A stretch of DNA of 64,000 nucleotides from an uncultured delta proteobacterium (GTDB taxonomy: Bacteria > Myxococcota_A > Polyangia > Polyangiales > Houyiibacteriaceae), in the NCBI GenBank assembly GCA_963699755.1, contig CAVOVB010000008.1:1-64000 (forward strand). The letters run 5' to 3'. Positions 49,734 through 58,901 of the stretch are shown here, piece by piece. The notes under the pieces were generated by a model, which worked only from the letters and a program-made list of their open reading frames with translations, had not been told where the DNA came from and did no database searches. Every line of letters begins with the position of its first letter. Position 1 is the first letter of the stretch. Both the position numbers and the translations under genes were made by a program.

Positions 49734-52700
49734 CGCTCCCCCAAATCGGAGAGGCCGCGTCGAGCCAGAAGCGGAGGAGGTCGAGGCCGCGTGAAGAGGT
49801 CTTCAGCACATCGAGGCTCACCCGTCCCCTCAGCAACACCGTGAGCGCAGCGGCGATCTCTCCCGATGCCAGTAGGCCGGCTCGGTCCGCGCTTTGCTGA
49901 AGGCTCCTGGCGTATTCGAGCAAGGATGTCGCACTGGGGTTCGCGCTCCCGACGGCTTCTTGCACTGCCCTGCGCGCAGCGCGCTTGAGCTTGACGTTCG
50001 CCGCAGGTAGCGGGGGATCGCCCGCCAGGACCTCGCAGCCTGAGACTAGGAGAACGGCCAGAACTGTCCCCGCGGCCTGTTCTAGGGAGCCATCGAGCAG
50101 CAGCGCGCCTCCTTTTGGCGCCGCCCAAGCGAGGCGACCGGCCAAGAAACGCCCGACCGCATCGAGGCTATCGTGCGTCCCTTCGGGCACGATCCAATGG
50201 ATTTCCCCTTCGCGCCCAGCCCGCGCGGCCAGCCTCTCGATCCGGTCTGAGATCTCGACGGAGCCGGCGCGTGCACCAAAGCGCTGAGATAGGCGATCAA
50301 GCTCCGCGGCGATTGGAGCGTTCTGCGCAACCTTCCTTGCGCGCAGGCGGTCTTTGGAGAGGGCAGGGCCGGCGCGACGCATGACCTCCTGCAGAACCGG
50401 GTCGGCCTCCGAATCCCAAAGCGCGTCGACGGCCACTTGGCTGAGGTCTCCGCTCTTCTCGTCGACACGCGGCGCAAGCCCGAGCGCCCGCTGCACGGCC
50501 GACGTCGCCTCGGCACGCGCATCGTGCCCCCGCCATCTCGCGGCAGCTTTCAACCCTTGGAGAAGTGAGGCGTCGAGCTCGCCCGCGTCGATCCTGGCCC
50601 AGATGGCGGTCTCGTAGCGCGCGACGGTGGCTTCCAACTCTGCGCCGTCGAGAAGCTCGACGAGTCCAGAGATCGCGACCGCGCTGGCCGGCGCCTCTTC
50701 GAGCGCGCGGGAATACGCGTCGAGTGCAGCTTCTGGGTGTCCTACCTCGCCTTCGAGCGCGCCGATTCGTGTCCAGATTTCGGCGTCGGCAAGCCCCAGC
50801 GCTTCGACCGCCCGCAGCTCTTGGAGGGCCTCGTCTTTGGCGTCGAGCTGGGATTCGAGAAAATCCGCAGCGCCAAGGTGGGCGACGCGTCGCTGCTCGT
50901 CGGGGATGCTCGCCCGAGATAGTCGCCGCAAGCAGTCGACTGCCTCGGCCCATTGTTCGAGTGAGACGTGCACTTCCGCCGCCAGTGCCAGGGCTCCCGC
51001 ATGGTTTCGATCTGTCGCAAAGAGCTCGCCGAGCACTTCGAGCGCGCCCGGCCGATCGCTGAGACCTCGAAGAAGGCGCGCGCGTTCGTAGAGCAATTCG
51101 GGTCGCTCCTTTGGGCCGCCGAGGGCCAAGCGCTCCGACACGAGCGCTTCGAGCGCTTCGGCATCTTCGTGCGCGACGAGCAGGTCCCGGAGACGGCGAA
51201 ACGCGACCTCCCGCGCCGGGTCTTCTTCGAGTGCGCGTCGAAAAAGGTCTTCTGCTTGTTGGTATTGCTGGAGGCGATCCATTCGCACGACGCCGGCCTC
51301 TTCCAAGAGGTCGCCGCTCAGCGAGCCATCGACGAAGGGAGCAAGACGCTCGCAGGCTTGCGCCACGAGGGGCCATTCCCCGGCCTGACGAGCCGCGCTC
51401 CGAAGCGTCTCCCACAAGGCCAGGTCGTCGGGCCTTTCGTCGACCGCGGCGATGAGAAGGGCAACCGCCTCCGCACCCCGATCGGCTTCGACCAGCGCGC
51501 GGCAATGTGCCGCGTCGAGCGCCGCCCGTCCGATGGAATCGCTGTGTTGCAGCTTCCGCTCGAGGGCATGGACGCGCATCGCAGCGTCGTCCGATGGGGC
51601 GAGCGCCTCGTCGATCGCCACCGCAGCGTCCGGATGGAGTGCAGACAGACCCTCGGCTTGCTGTGCGATGATGAAGAGCTCGTCAGCCATTTCGGTTCCG
51701 TGCGCAACTGCAGTTGCACGAAGTCCCTGAAGCAGCGTCGCAGCTTGCAAACCGTCGGTCGGCGCCAACGCAGACAAACGAAGCCATGCGTTGCCGGCGG
51801 AAGCGTCTTTCTCGCCGAGCGACACCCGTAGCGCACCGTAGGCGGCCGCGAACTCATTCGTGTCGTCGGCGGGGATCGCTCCGCCCCCCTCAAGATACTC
51901 CTCGGCGGCCAAACGTTGGTCGGCATCGCTGAGGCGCACGGGCAAGGAAAGCAGCGCGATGGCCGCTGCCGGGCCCGTGCACGGGTGCCCAAGCGCTCGC
52001 TCGTAAGCCCGGCTGGCTCCGATGCCATCGCAAGCGGCTAGGGCGTCTGCCTGAAGCAGGGCGCAGAGCTCAGGCACCCCTCCGCCGAGGTCGCTGTCGG
52101 AAAGCGATGCATAGGCATCCACTGTCGCCCGCGGATCAGCTTGACGTCGTGCGATATCGAGCATGGCAAGCGCGGCGGAAAGCGAGCTCGGTGCTTCCAC
52201 GAGGGCCTGCTCGTAGGCGTGGCGAGCCCCCGTCAGGTTCCCGCTGCGCTCGGCGGTGGCCCCCGCGAGCAAGAGCGAGAGCTCGCCGAGCGCAGCCCTC
52301 GAATCGCTTTGGGACTGCTCGCGGGCCAAAACGACGATGTCCTCGGGTCGACCTGCTTCGCGCAACACCGCATCGAGCAGAGAGACGACATAGCGGTCGT
52401 CGGGAGCGGCGTCCAAGGCCAGCCTGAGGACGCGTTCGGCTGCTTCCCAATTCCGGCTTCGCGCATACGCCTGGCCGGCCGCGCAGAGGTGCCCAAAGCG
52501 CCGGTCGCCTGAGGCGATCTCGGCGATCGCTTCGTGGGACTGGGCCAGCAAAGGCGCGTCGCCCGACCATGCCGCCTGCGCTCGGGCGAGTTGCGGAGCC
52601 CAGCCACGGTGGTCGGGGTCGATGAGGGCGTCCCGAAGGAGCTGCTGAGCTTCGTCGTCCGCGCGCAGGGCACGCCGCGTGAGCTCGTATTTGGAAAACG

Positions 52701-54147
52701 CGAGCGTCGCTCGCTCAGCGGGCTCGATGTCGGCGCGTATCAGCTCGTCACAGCGTTCCACAGCCGCATCGATGCGCTTGGCCAGTATCGCGGCGCCCAG
52801 CGCCTCGCGAACGATTGCGGTCTTCGAGCGCGTAGAGGTTCCGATGGCTGCGCTGTAGAGCGCTTGCGCCTCGTCCGCGGCTTTCGGGTCAGCGCTGCGT
52901 AGCTGCGCTGCCCGCCAATTGAGTCGAGCTTGTTCCTCCCCCTCGGCGCTTTGCGCGCGGGTGCGGAACGCTTCGGCGCGATCGGAGTGTGCCTCTTCGC
53001 GGATTCGAGCGACTTCGAGCGCCGCCCCAACAAAGTCAGAATCCGGGAATCGCGTTGCCAGAGCGAGGAGTGTTTGCCGAGCTTTTGGGTGGTCGTCGCT
53101 CGAGATGGCGAGCCTCAGCTCCTGCGCGACGAACGCTGTATCATCGGGGGCGACTGCTCGAAACCATTCCGACGCATCCTTGAGGGCCGCTTCGTCGCCA
53201 CGGTGCGCTGCGAGCCGGAGGGCCTCCAATCGAGTCAGCGGACGGTCAGGGAACAACCGTATCGCCGAGTCGAGGTGGCTGGCCGCCGCGTCCGCGTCTT
53301 CGAGACGCGTGGCGCTGCAGGTCGCAGCCTCCTCCCAAAGGTGCGCTGCCAGCGGAAGACGTTCGTCCTTGGGGACCGAAAGGCCGAGCGGGTCTTGTGC
53401 ATCGCTCCGTTCGACGGCCGCCTCGAGTAGGCATGCCATCGAAGTCACCGCATGCACGAATACTTCCCACCGCCCGTGCTCACGGGCTATGCGAGCTTGG
53501 AATGACCTGGCCTGCCAGACAAGCGCTTCGGACTCGCAAGCGCGTTCGAGCGCCGCAATGGCCTGGTCTGTGCGGCTCGAGCCGATCTCGAGCAGAGCGA
53601 GGTCCACCCAGAGTGCCGCCCTCAGATCGGAGTCCTGTGCGTGCTCTGCCTGGGTTTGCAGGGCAATCCGCACGCTGTCCTGATCTCCCTTCGCCTCGGC
53701 CAGCCATTCGAGGATGAGCGCGGGGACCGCTGGTTCGGGCGAGCGGGCGATCGCTTCTCGCAGAAGTGATGCCCAGTCCTCCGAATGCAGCGCCAGGTCC
53801 AGGAGGGCGGCCGCGCCCATCGCGGGGCTCGTGGCTCTCGCGACCTGCTCCGAACGAAGAGCCGCCGCGTCGCTGCCGTTCCCGGAGCGTTCCGCGATTC
53901 GGAGTCGAGCGATCAGGGCCGGATGGAAATCGGGGGCGACCTCGCAGGCTCGTGCGTACTGCGCCATCGCGTCGGATACCTGCTCGAGCTCGTGCTCGTG
54001 AAGCGCCCCCATCTGATAGAGGATCGCTGCTTGAAGTCGAGGTTCGGGTTCCGCGTCGAGCTCACAACGCAGGTTGGCGATGTGCAACTCCACCAAGTCG
54101 CGTCTGCGCGCGGCCTCCGCAAGACCCATGGCCGGCTTCTCGATCAT
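49726..54147 (-). CDS. Giant TPR-repeat protein (~1470 aa)
   Basis: As above (EEDPA, EEAPA, DAAPDD); 8-bp overlap with the downstream paralog. Confidence 0.85.
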   Translation of the reverse strand: MIEKPAMGLAEAARRRDLVELHIANLRCELDAEPEPRLQAAILYQMGALHEHELEQVSDAMAQYARACEVAPDFHPALIARLRIAERSGNGSDAAALRSEQVARATSPAMGAAALLDLALHSEDWASLLREAIARSPEPAVPALILEWLAEAKGDQDSVRIALQTQAEHAQDSDLRAALWVDLALLEIGSSRTDQAIAALERACESEALVWQARSFQARIAREHGRWEVFVHAVTSMACLLEAAVERSDAQDPLGLSVPKDERLPLAAHLWEEAATCSATRLEDADAAASHLDSAIRLFPDRPLTRLEALRLAAHRGDEAALKDASEWFRAVAPDDTAFVAQELRLAISSDDHPKARQTLLALATRFPDSDFVGAALEVARIREEAHSDRAEAFRTRAQSAEGEEQARLNWRAAQLRSADPKAADEAQALYSAAIGTSTRSKTAIVREALGAAILAKRIDAAVERCDELIRADIEPAERATLAFSKYELTRRALRADDEAQQLLRDALIDPDHRGWAPQLARAQAAWSGDAPLLAQSHEAIAEIASGDRRFGHLCAAGQAYARSRNWEAAERVLRLALDAAPDDRYVVSLLDAVLREAGRPEDIVVLAREQSQSDSRAALGELSLLLAGATAERSGNLTGARHAYEQALVEAPSSLSAALAMLDIARRQADPRATVDAYASLSDSDLGGGVPELCALLQADALAACDGIGASRAYERALGHPCTGPAAAIALLSLPVRLSDADQRLAAEEYLEGGGAIPADDTNEFAAAYGALRVSLGEKDASAGNAWLRLSALAPTDGLQAATLLQGLRATAVAHGTEMADELFIIAQQAEGLSALHPDAAVAIDEALAPSDDAAMRVHALERKLQHSDSIGRAALDAAHCRALVEADRGAEAVALLIAAVDERPDDLALWETLRSAARQAGEWPLVAQACERLAPFVDGSLSGDLLEEAGVVRMDRLQQYQQAEDLFRRALEEDPAREVAFRRLRDLLVAHEDAEALEALVSERLALGGPKERPELLYERARLLRGLSDRPGALEVLGELFATDRNHAGALALAAEVHVSLEQWAEAVDCLRRLSRASIPDEQRRVAHLGAADFLESQLDAKDEALQELRAVEALGLADAEIWTRIGALEGEVGHPEAALDAYSRALEEAPASAVAISGLVELLDGAELEATVARYETAIWARIDAGELDASLLQGLKAAARWRGHDARAEATSAVQRALGLAPRVDEKSGDLSQVAVDALWDSEADPVLQEVMRRAGPALSKDRLRARKVAQNAPIAAELDRLSQRFGARAGSVEISDRIERLAARAGREGEIHWIVPEGTHDSLDAVGRFLAGRLAWAAPKGGALLLDGSLEQAAGTVLAVLLVSGCEVLAGDPPLPAANVKLKRAARRAVQEAVGSANPSATSLLEYARSLQQSADRAGLLASGEIAAALTVLLRGRVSLDVLKTSSRGLDLLRFWLDAASPIWGSDG

Positions 54148-54160
54148 CCGCCTCCCACGA

Positions 54161-54922
54161 CTACGTAATGGTCCAACCGCCGTCGATGACCATAACATCT
54201 CCTGTGACGTAATCCGATTCGTCCGACGCCAAGAAGACTGCGCCCCCTGCAATGTCTCTCGGTTGACCGATCCGTCCTAGGGCTGTCTTGCTCACGATGC
54301 TGGAGCGGATCTCGTCGTTATCTACCAAGACTTGCGCAAACCTGGTTTCGATCAGGCCCGGTGCGATGGCATTGACGCGGATGCCCGAAGCGCCGAGCTC
54401 CATCGCCAAGGTCCTCGTCATCGAGATCACCGCAGATTTGGTCATCGCGTAGACGCCCTGCATCGGCGCGCCCATGAGCCCGACCACACTCGCGATGTTG
54501 ACGATGGACCCTCTTGCTTTGCGCTCCTGTAAGTGCCCCGCGACCAGTTGAATCATTCCGAAGTAACCCTTCACGTTGACCTCGAAAATCTTGTCCCAGG
54601 CCCTCTCGTCGGTGCTGAGCATCGGGCCGAAGTGCGGGTTCGTCGCGGCATTGTTCACGAGGATGTCGACCTTCCCATAGACTTTCAACGCCTGGTCGAG
54701 CATGTCTTCGCGCTGTTTCGACTGGCCGACGTGGCAGGCAATCGGCGTCGCGTCGCCGTCGCGGCTCCGTATCTCATCCGCCACAGTTTGCAGCCCATCG
54801 ATCTTTCGCGATACCAGAACGACCTTGGCCCCCTCTTCGGCCATGTAGCCTGCGATGGCGGCGCCGATTCCTCGGCTCGCTCCTGTGACGATCGCGACCT
54901 TGTCCCTTAGGCGCTCACCCAT
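54161..54922 (-). CDS. SDR family oxidoreductase (DHRS4/FabG-like)
   Basis: TGASRGIG, NNAATNP, YAMTK, VNAIAPG, IDGG. Confidence 0.95.
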   Translation of the reverse strand: MGERLRDKVAIVTGASRGIGAAIAGYMAEEGAKVVLVSRKIDGLQTVADEIRSRDGDATPIACHVGQSKQREDMLDQALKVYGKVDILVNNAATNPHFGPMLSTDERAWDKIFEVNVKGYFGMIQLVAGHLQERKARGSIVNIASVVGLMGAPMQGVYAMTKSAVISMTRTLAMELGASGIRVNAIAPGLIETRFAQVLVDNDEIRSSIVSKTALGRIGQPRDIAGGAVFLASDESDYVTGDVMVIDGGWTIT

Positions 54923-55054
54923 CCTATCCCCTCCTCTTCGTCCGTCACGTATAGCGCTCCGCGGGGTGGTTTTGCCAGCGCGATCTGCACGGGGCTTGCA
55001 CCCTCGCGCTCTTGAGCAAGACTGCGCCCTCCTCGTTTCGCCGAAGAGGTTCGT

Positions 55055-56038
55055 CTGACGCTGTTCTACCCCATCACCGCGATCATCGTGGGTTTCGTCG
55101 CCGTGGTCTGGGGAGCCGATCGTTTCGTGTATGGCGCAGCCGGCCTGGCCAGTAACTTGGGGATCAGTCGGCTCGTGATCGGACTGACGATCGTCGCCTT
55201 CGGCACCTCCGCGCCGGAGATGTTGGTCTCCGGCATGGCCGCCCTCTCTGGCAGCCGGGAAATCAGCATAGGAAACGCAGTTGGCTCCAATATTACGAAC
55301 GTGACCCTAGTCCTTGGCGCGGCGGCGCTAGCTGGCCCACTCAGCGTCCACTCCCGCTTGCTGATGCGAGAGATTCCCATCTTGTTCTTGACCATGGCAG
55401 TGGCCTGGGCATTTCTCTGGGATGGAGTGCTCAGTCGGCGGGAGGGCCTCCTCCTGCTTACGGGCATGTTCCTTTTCATGATCTGGATTGGCGTGGAGGG
55501 CCGACGCGCGCAGGGGGAAAGCGCCGAGCTCCCCCCAGGAGGCTTCGAAGACGACAGCATTCCGGACTCGCTGCCGACCGGCAAAGCCGTCGTGCTGTTT
55601 TCGATCGGCCTGCTCTGCCTTCTCATCGGCTCCCGGGTTCTGGTCTGGGGCGCCATCGAGCTCGCCATCGACCTCGGGGTCAGCGAGCTGATCGTCGGTC
55701 TCAGCTTAGTCGCTCTCGGGACGAGCCTTCCCGAGTTGGCGGCCTCGGTGGCCGCCGCGCGCCGCGGGGAACAAGACATCGCCGTTGGAAATGTGGTCGG
55801 GTCCAACATGTTGAACTTGCTCGGGGTGCTCGCGCTACCTGGAATCATCTCCCCCGGCGAAGTAGACCGTGTAGTCATCCTCCGAGATTTCCCGATCATG
55901 GTCGGCGTGACCCTGCTCTTGCTCATGATGGCCGTGAATGAGAAGAACTACATTGGCCGCAAACGAGGGATCGCGCTCATTCTGGTGTTCATTGGCTATT
56001 TCGTGATGCTCTTCTGGAACCCGTCGCTGCCCGGGTAA
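55055..56038 (+). CDS. Ca2+/Na+ antiporter (YrbG/CaCA family); start codon uncertain
   Basis: GLTIVAFGTSAPE, GNAVGSNI, ALGTSLPE, GNVVGSN alpha repeats; first canonical start is GTG at 55088. Confidence 0.92.
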   Translation: MTLFYPITAIIVGFVAVVWGADRFVYGAAGLASNLGISRLVIGLTIVAFGTSAPEMLVSGMAALSGSREISIGNAVGSNITNVTLVLGAAALAGPLSVHSRLLMREIPILFLTMAVAWAFLWDGVLSRREGLLLLTGMFLFMIWIGVEGRRAQGESAELPPGGFEDDSIPDSLPTGKAVVLFSIGLLCLLIGSRVLVWGAIELAIDLGVSELIVGLSLVALGTSLPELAASVAAARRGEQDIAVGNVVGSNMLNLLGVLALPGIISPGEVDRVVILRDFPIMVGVTLLLLMMAVNEKNYIGRKRGIALILVFIGYFVMLFWNPSLPG

Positions 56039-56043
56039 TCCAT

Positions 56044-56643
56044 CTAGGTGAGCCGTCTCCAGATCAGCGTCATGTTGTTTGCTGGCATGGGGACGCGTTC
56101 GGTCAGCGCGAAACCGGTTCGTCCAGCGAGCTCCTTCAGCTCGTCGATGTCTCGGACACCCCAGCGCGGGTTGCGAGAGCGAAGACTTTCATCGAAGGCG
56201 GCGTTACTTGCTGAGCTGTGCGTGCCGTGGATCCGATAGGGACCGTAGGTAATCAGCGGGGCTGCGGCGGCTAGCACGGCGCTCGCGCCCTGAAACAAGG
56301 CTTCGGAGGCTTCCCATGGTGAAATGTGGATCATGTTGATGCATAGCACGGCGTCCGCTTTCGCGATCGGCCATCGCGCCGTGCGCACATCGAGCTCGAC
56401 CGGAGGACAGAAGTTTTCGCGGGCGGCTTCGTCGACCCGGGAGGCAATGCTTTCCAATGCTTGCGCTGAGGCATCGCTCGGTTGCCAGTGGAGTCGCGGG
56501 AGCTGCTCCGAAAAGAAGTCCACGTGCTGCCCCGTCCCGCTTGCCACCTCCAGCACCAGCCCCTCTGCCGGCAGCACGCGCCGGAGCACGTCCAAGATTG
56601 GTTGCCGATTGCGTTCAGCCGCCGGCGCAAAACCCTTTACCAT
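56044..56643 (-). CDS. DUF938 SAM-dependent methyltransferase
   Basis: APAAERNRQPIL, LEVASGTGQH, WQPSD, NMIHISPW, YGPY, MPANN. Confidence 0.93.
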   Translation of the reverse strand: MVKGFAPAAERNRQPILDVLRRVLPAEGLVLEVASGTGQHVDFFSEQLPRLHWQPSDASAQALESIASRVDEAARENFCPPVELDVRTARWPIAKADAVLCINMIHISPWEASEALFQGASAVLAAAAPLITYGPYRIHGTHSSASNAAFDESLRSRNPRWGVRDIDELKELAGRTGFALTERVPMPANNMTLIWRRLT

Positions 56644-56648
56644 CGCGA

Positions 56649-58901
56649 TTGCATAGCTCATATCTTCCCGTCATCGAAACGAAGCGAGAGGACCGGAGGG
56701 CAAGGTGGGGCTGGGGGCTCATCGTCGCCTTGTGCCTCGTCACGCCCTGGCTGACCCGCGGGATGCTTCTATACGAGAAGCGCCTTGCCTTCGCGCCGAT
56801 CGATTTGCGCGGTGCCTTGGCCGACGCGTCCGTCGGCCTCGTGCTGATTGGCTTGCTGGGGGGCCTCTTGGCATCGAAGAGCTTCTGGGGCCGTGCACTT
56901 GCTCTACTGGTCCTGGTGGCCTTCGTTTTCCTGAGCTTCGCGATCTACGAGTTCATCTCGGTGTTCGATTCCCTCTACGCGCTCAGTCACATTGGTTTCC
57001 TATTCGATTCCACCTTCGTTGGCGGCTCGGCTCAGCACGCGCAACATCCACAACTGGTCCTATCGTTGGGGATCTTGGCGGCCGGCGCGACGCTCTTCGC
57101 GCGCCCGCCCGCTTCCCCTTGGTGGGCCTGGTGGGGCCTGGCCCTCGGGGCATCCGTATTCGGCCAGGTAGCCATTCCCGTTTCGTACACGCACGAGGAA
57201 TGGCGCGAACGTCATGCGATAGAGGCCAATCTCGCGATCTTTCCTCATTCCGACCGCAGGGAGCTGGCAACGATTGACGCCGAGGTCCGAGACGTCTTTC
57301 GGGGTGATTTGCAGGGCGAGCGCTGGGTCGGACCCCTGTCCGACAGGCCCAATCTGCTTCTCATTCTGGTGGAAGCAGCGTCGGGCGCGTACCTGCCCTC
57401 GCTCGCAGCGACCGAAGGTGTTCGGAGCAGAACGAGCATGCCCAAGCTGGACGAGCTCGCTCGGCACCACATCCTCTTCACACGCGTGGTTTCCCACCAG
57501 CGTCAGACCAATCGCGGGGAGTACGGAATCCTGTGCGGGGACTATCCGAAGCTGCTCACCGATCAGTCCAAGATGACCGAGCAGGTCTACGGCCCGGCGC
57601 ACCGATGCCTCCCGGAGGTCCTGCGCGAGCAGGGATACGCGACCGCATACATTCAGTCTGCCCCACTGGGTTTCATGCTCAAGGACCAGTTCATGAAGAA
57701 GGCCGGCTTCGAGGAGCTCATCGGCGACTCCTGGTTCACGCAGAGTTATGCGCGCACCGACTGGGGGGTCGATGACAAGGCCTTCTTCGAGCAGTCGCTC
57801 CGGCGAGTGATCGAGCTTCACGAAGCGGAACGGCCGTTCTTCGCGACACTCTTGACCGTCGGCACACACCATCCATACACGATTCCGGAAACTGCTGCAG
57901 CCGATGGCGCGCGGACCCGCCAGGAGCGCGCCTTCCGCTGGGCTGACGATGCGCTTTCGGCGTTTGTGGACGAGCTCGAACGGCGCGGGGTGCTGGATGA
58001 CACGGTCGTGATCATCACTTCCGACGAATCGGCAGGGTTGGCGCATGCTGCAAGCGCCACCCAGCGACTGTTGTCGCAGAGTTGGTCGTTCGTCGTGGTC
58101 ATGCTTCCCGAACCGCAGGCGAAGCGCGTGGACAGGCTCTACGCACACGTCGACACCGCCCTTTCGGTGACCGATCTCCTCGGCTTGGAGCAAGAGGACG
58201 AGGGTTTCGTCGGCCGGAGCTGGTTTCGCGACTACCGCACGACGCGTCCGGTTTTCGCCGCGAACACCTATGCCCGAAACGTGATCATGTTCGAACCCTC
58301 CGGTAGCGCTCTCATCTGTGACGAATCGTTCCGGCGTTGTTCGCGCTCCGTCCCGGCGGACGGCCTGCCATTTGAGCCCAAGCGCGTGAGCGAGCCAGCG
58401 ACTCCCCGCGATTGGCAACTCCTCACCGAGGTGGCGCGGCTGACACGCTCGGGACGCGAGGACATGACGCAAGCCGGGTCGCTTCAATTGCTGGCCGAAG
58501 AGCAGGTGTCGGTGCCCGCAGCAGATGGAAAGAAGCTGCTGATCGGAGGCCAGTATCTCAGGGTGCCTCGCAGCACGATCCTGCGGGTGGACCTCGACAT
58601 CGAAGTCCTTGGCGAGCAGTCGGTGATCGAGCTGCATCAGGACGTATTCCTGGACGGCTACGTGAAGTTCGAGCGAAAGGACTTCACAGTCAGAGGCGGC
58701 GAGCGCTGGCGCTTGAGCTATCAGATCGGCGTTCCACGCGACGCCAGCCAGCTCGTGGTTCAGCTCTACGCGACGACGGTTTCGGGTGACGTAGCGACGC
58801 TCCGTTTCCGCGACGCCCGGCTCTCGATGAGGGCTGGCCCCGTGCATTCCGACGATGCGGTCCTCATTCGCGACGAGTTGTCCCGGGCCGATCGTCGCTG
58901 A
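56649..58901 (+). CDS. LTA-synthase/sulfatase-superfamily membrane transferase; start uncertain
   Basis: N-terminal TM bundle, PNLLLILVEA, QTNRGE (Thr), LTVGTHHPY, ITSDE. Confidence 0.85.
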   Translation: MHSSYLPVIETKREDRRARWGWGLIVALCLVTPWLTRGMLLYEKRLAFAPIDLRGALADASVGLVLIGLLGGLLASKSFWGRALALLVLVAFVFLSFAIYEFISVFDSLYALSHIGFLFDSTFVGGSAQHAQHPQLVLSLGILAAGATLFARPPASPWWAWWGLALGASVFGQVAIPVSYTHEEWRERHAIEANLAIFPHSDRRELATIDAEVRDVFRGDLQGERWVGPLSDRPNLLLILVEAASGAYLPSLAATEGVRSRTSMPKLDELARHHILFTRVVSHQRQTNRGEYGILCGDYPKLLTDQSKMTEQVYGPAHRCLPEVLREQGYATAYIQSAPLGFMLKDQFMKKAGFEELIGDSWFTQSYARTDWGVDDKAFFEQSLRRVIELHEAERPFFATLLTVGTHHPYTIPETAAADGARTRQERAFRWADDALSAFVDELERRGVLDDTVVIITSDESAGLAHAASATQRLLSQSWSFVVVMLPEPQAKRVDRLYAHVDTALSVTDLLGLEQEDEGFVGRSWFRDYRTTRPVFAANTYARNVIMFEPSGSALICDESFRRCSRSVPADGLPFEPKRVSEPATPRDWQLLTEVARLTRSGREDMTQAGSLQLLAEEQVSVPAADGKKLLIGGQYLRVPRSTILRVDLDIEVLGEQSVIELHQDVFLDGYVKFERKDFTVRGGERWRLSYQIGVPRDASQLVVQLYATTVSGDVATLRFRDARLSMRAGPVHSDDAVLIRDELSRADRR

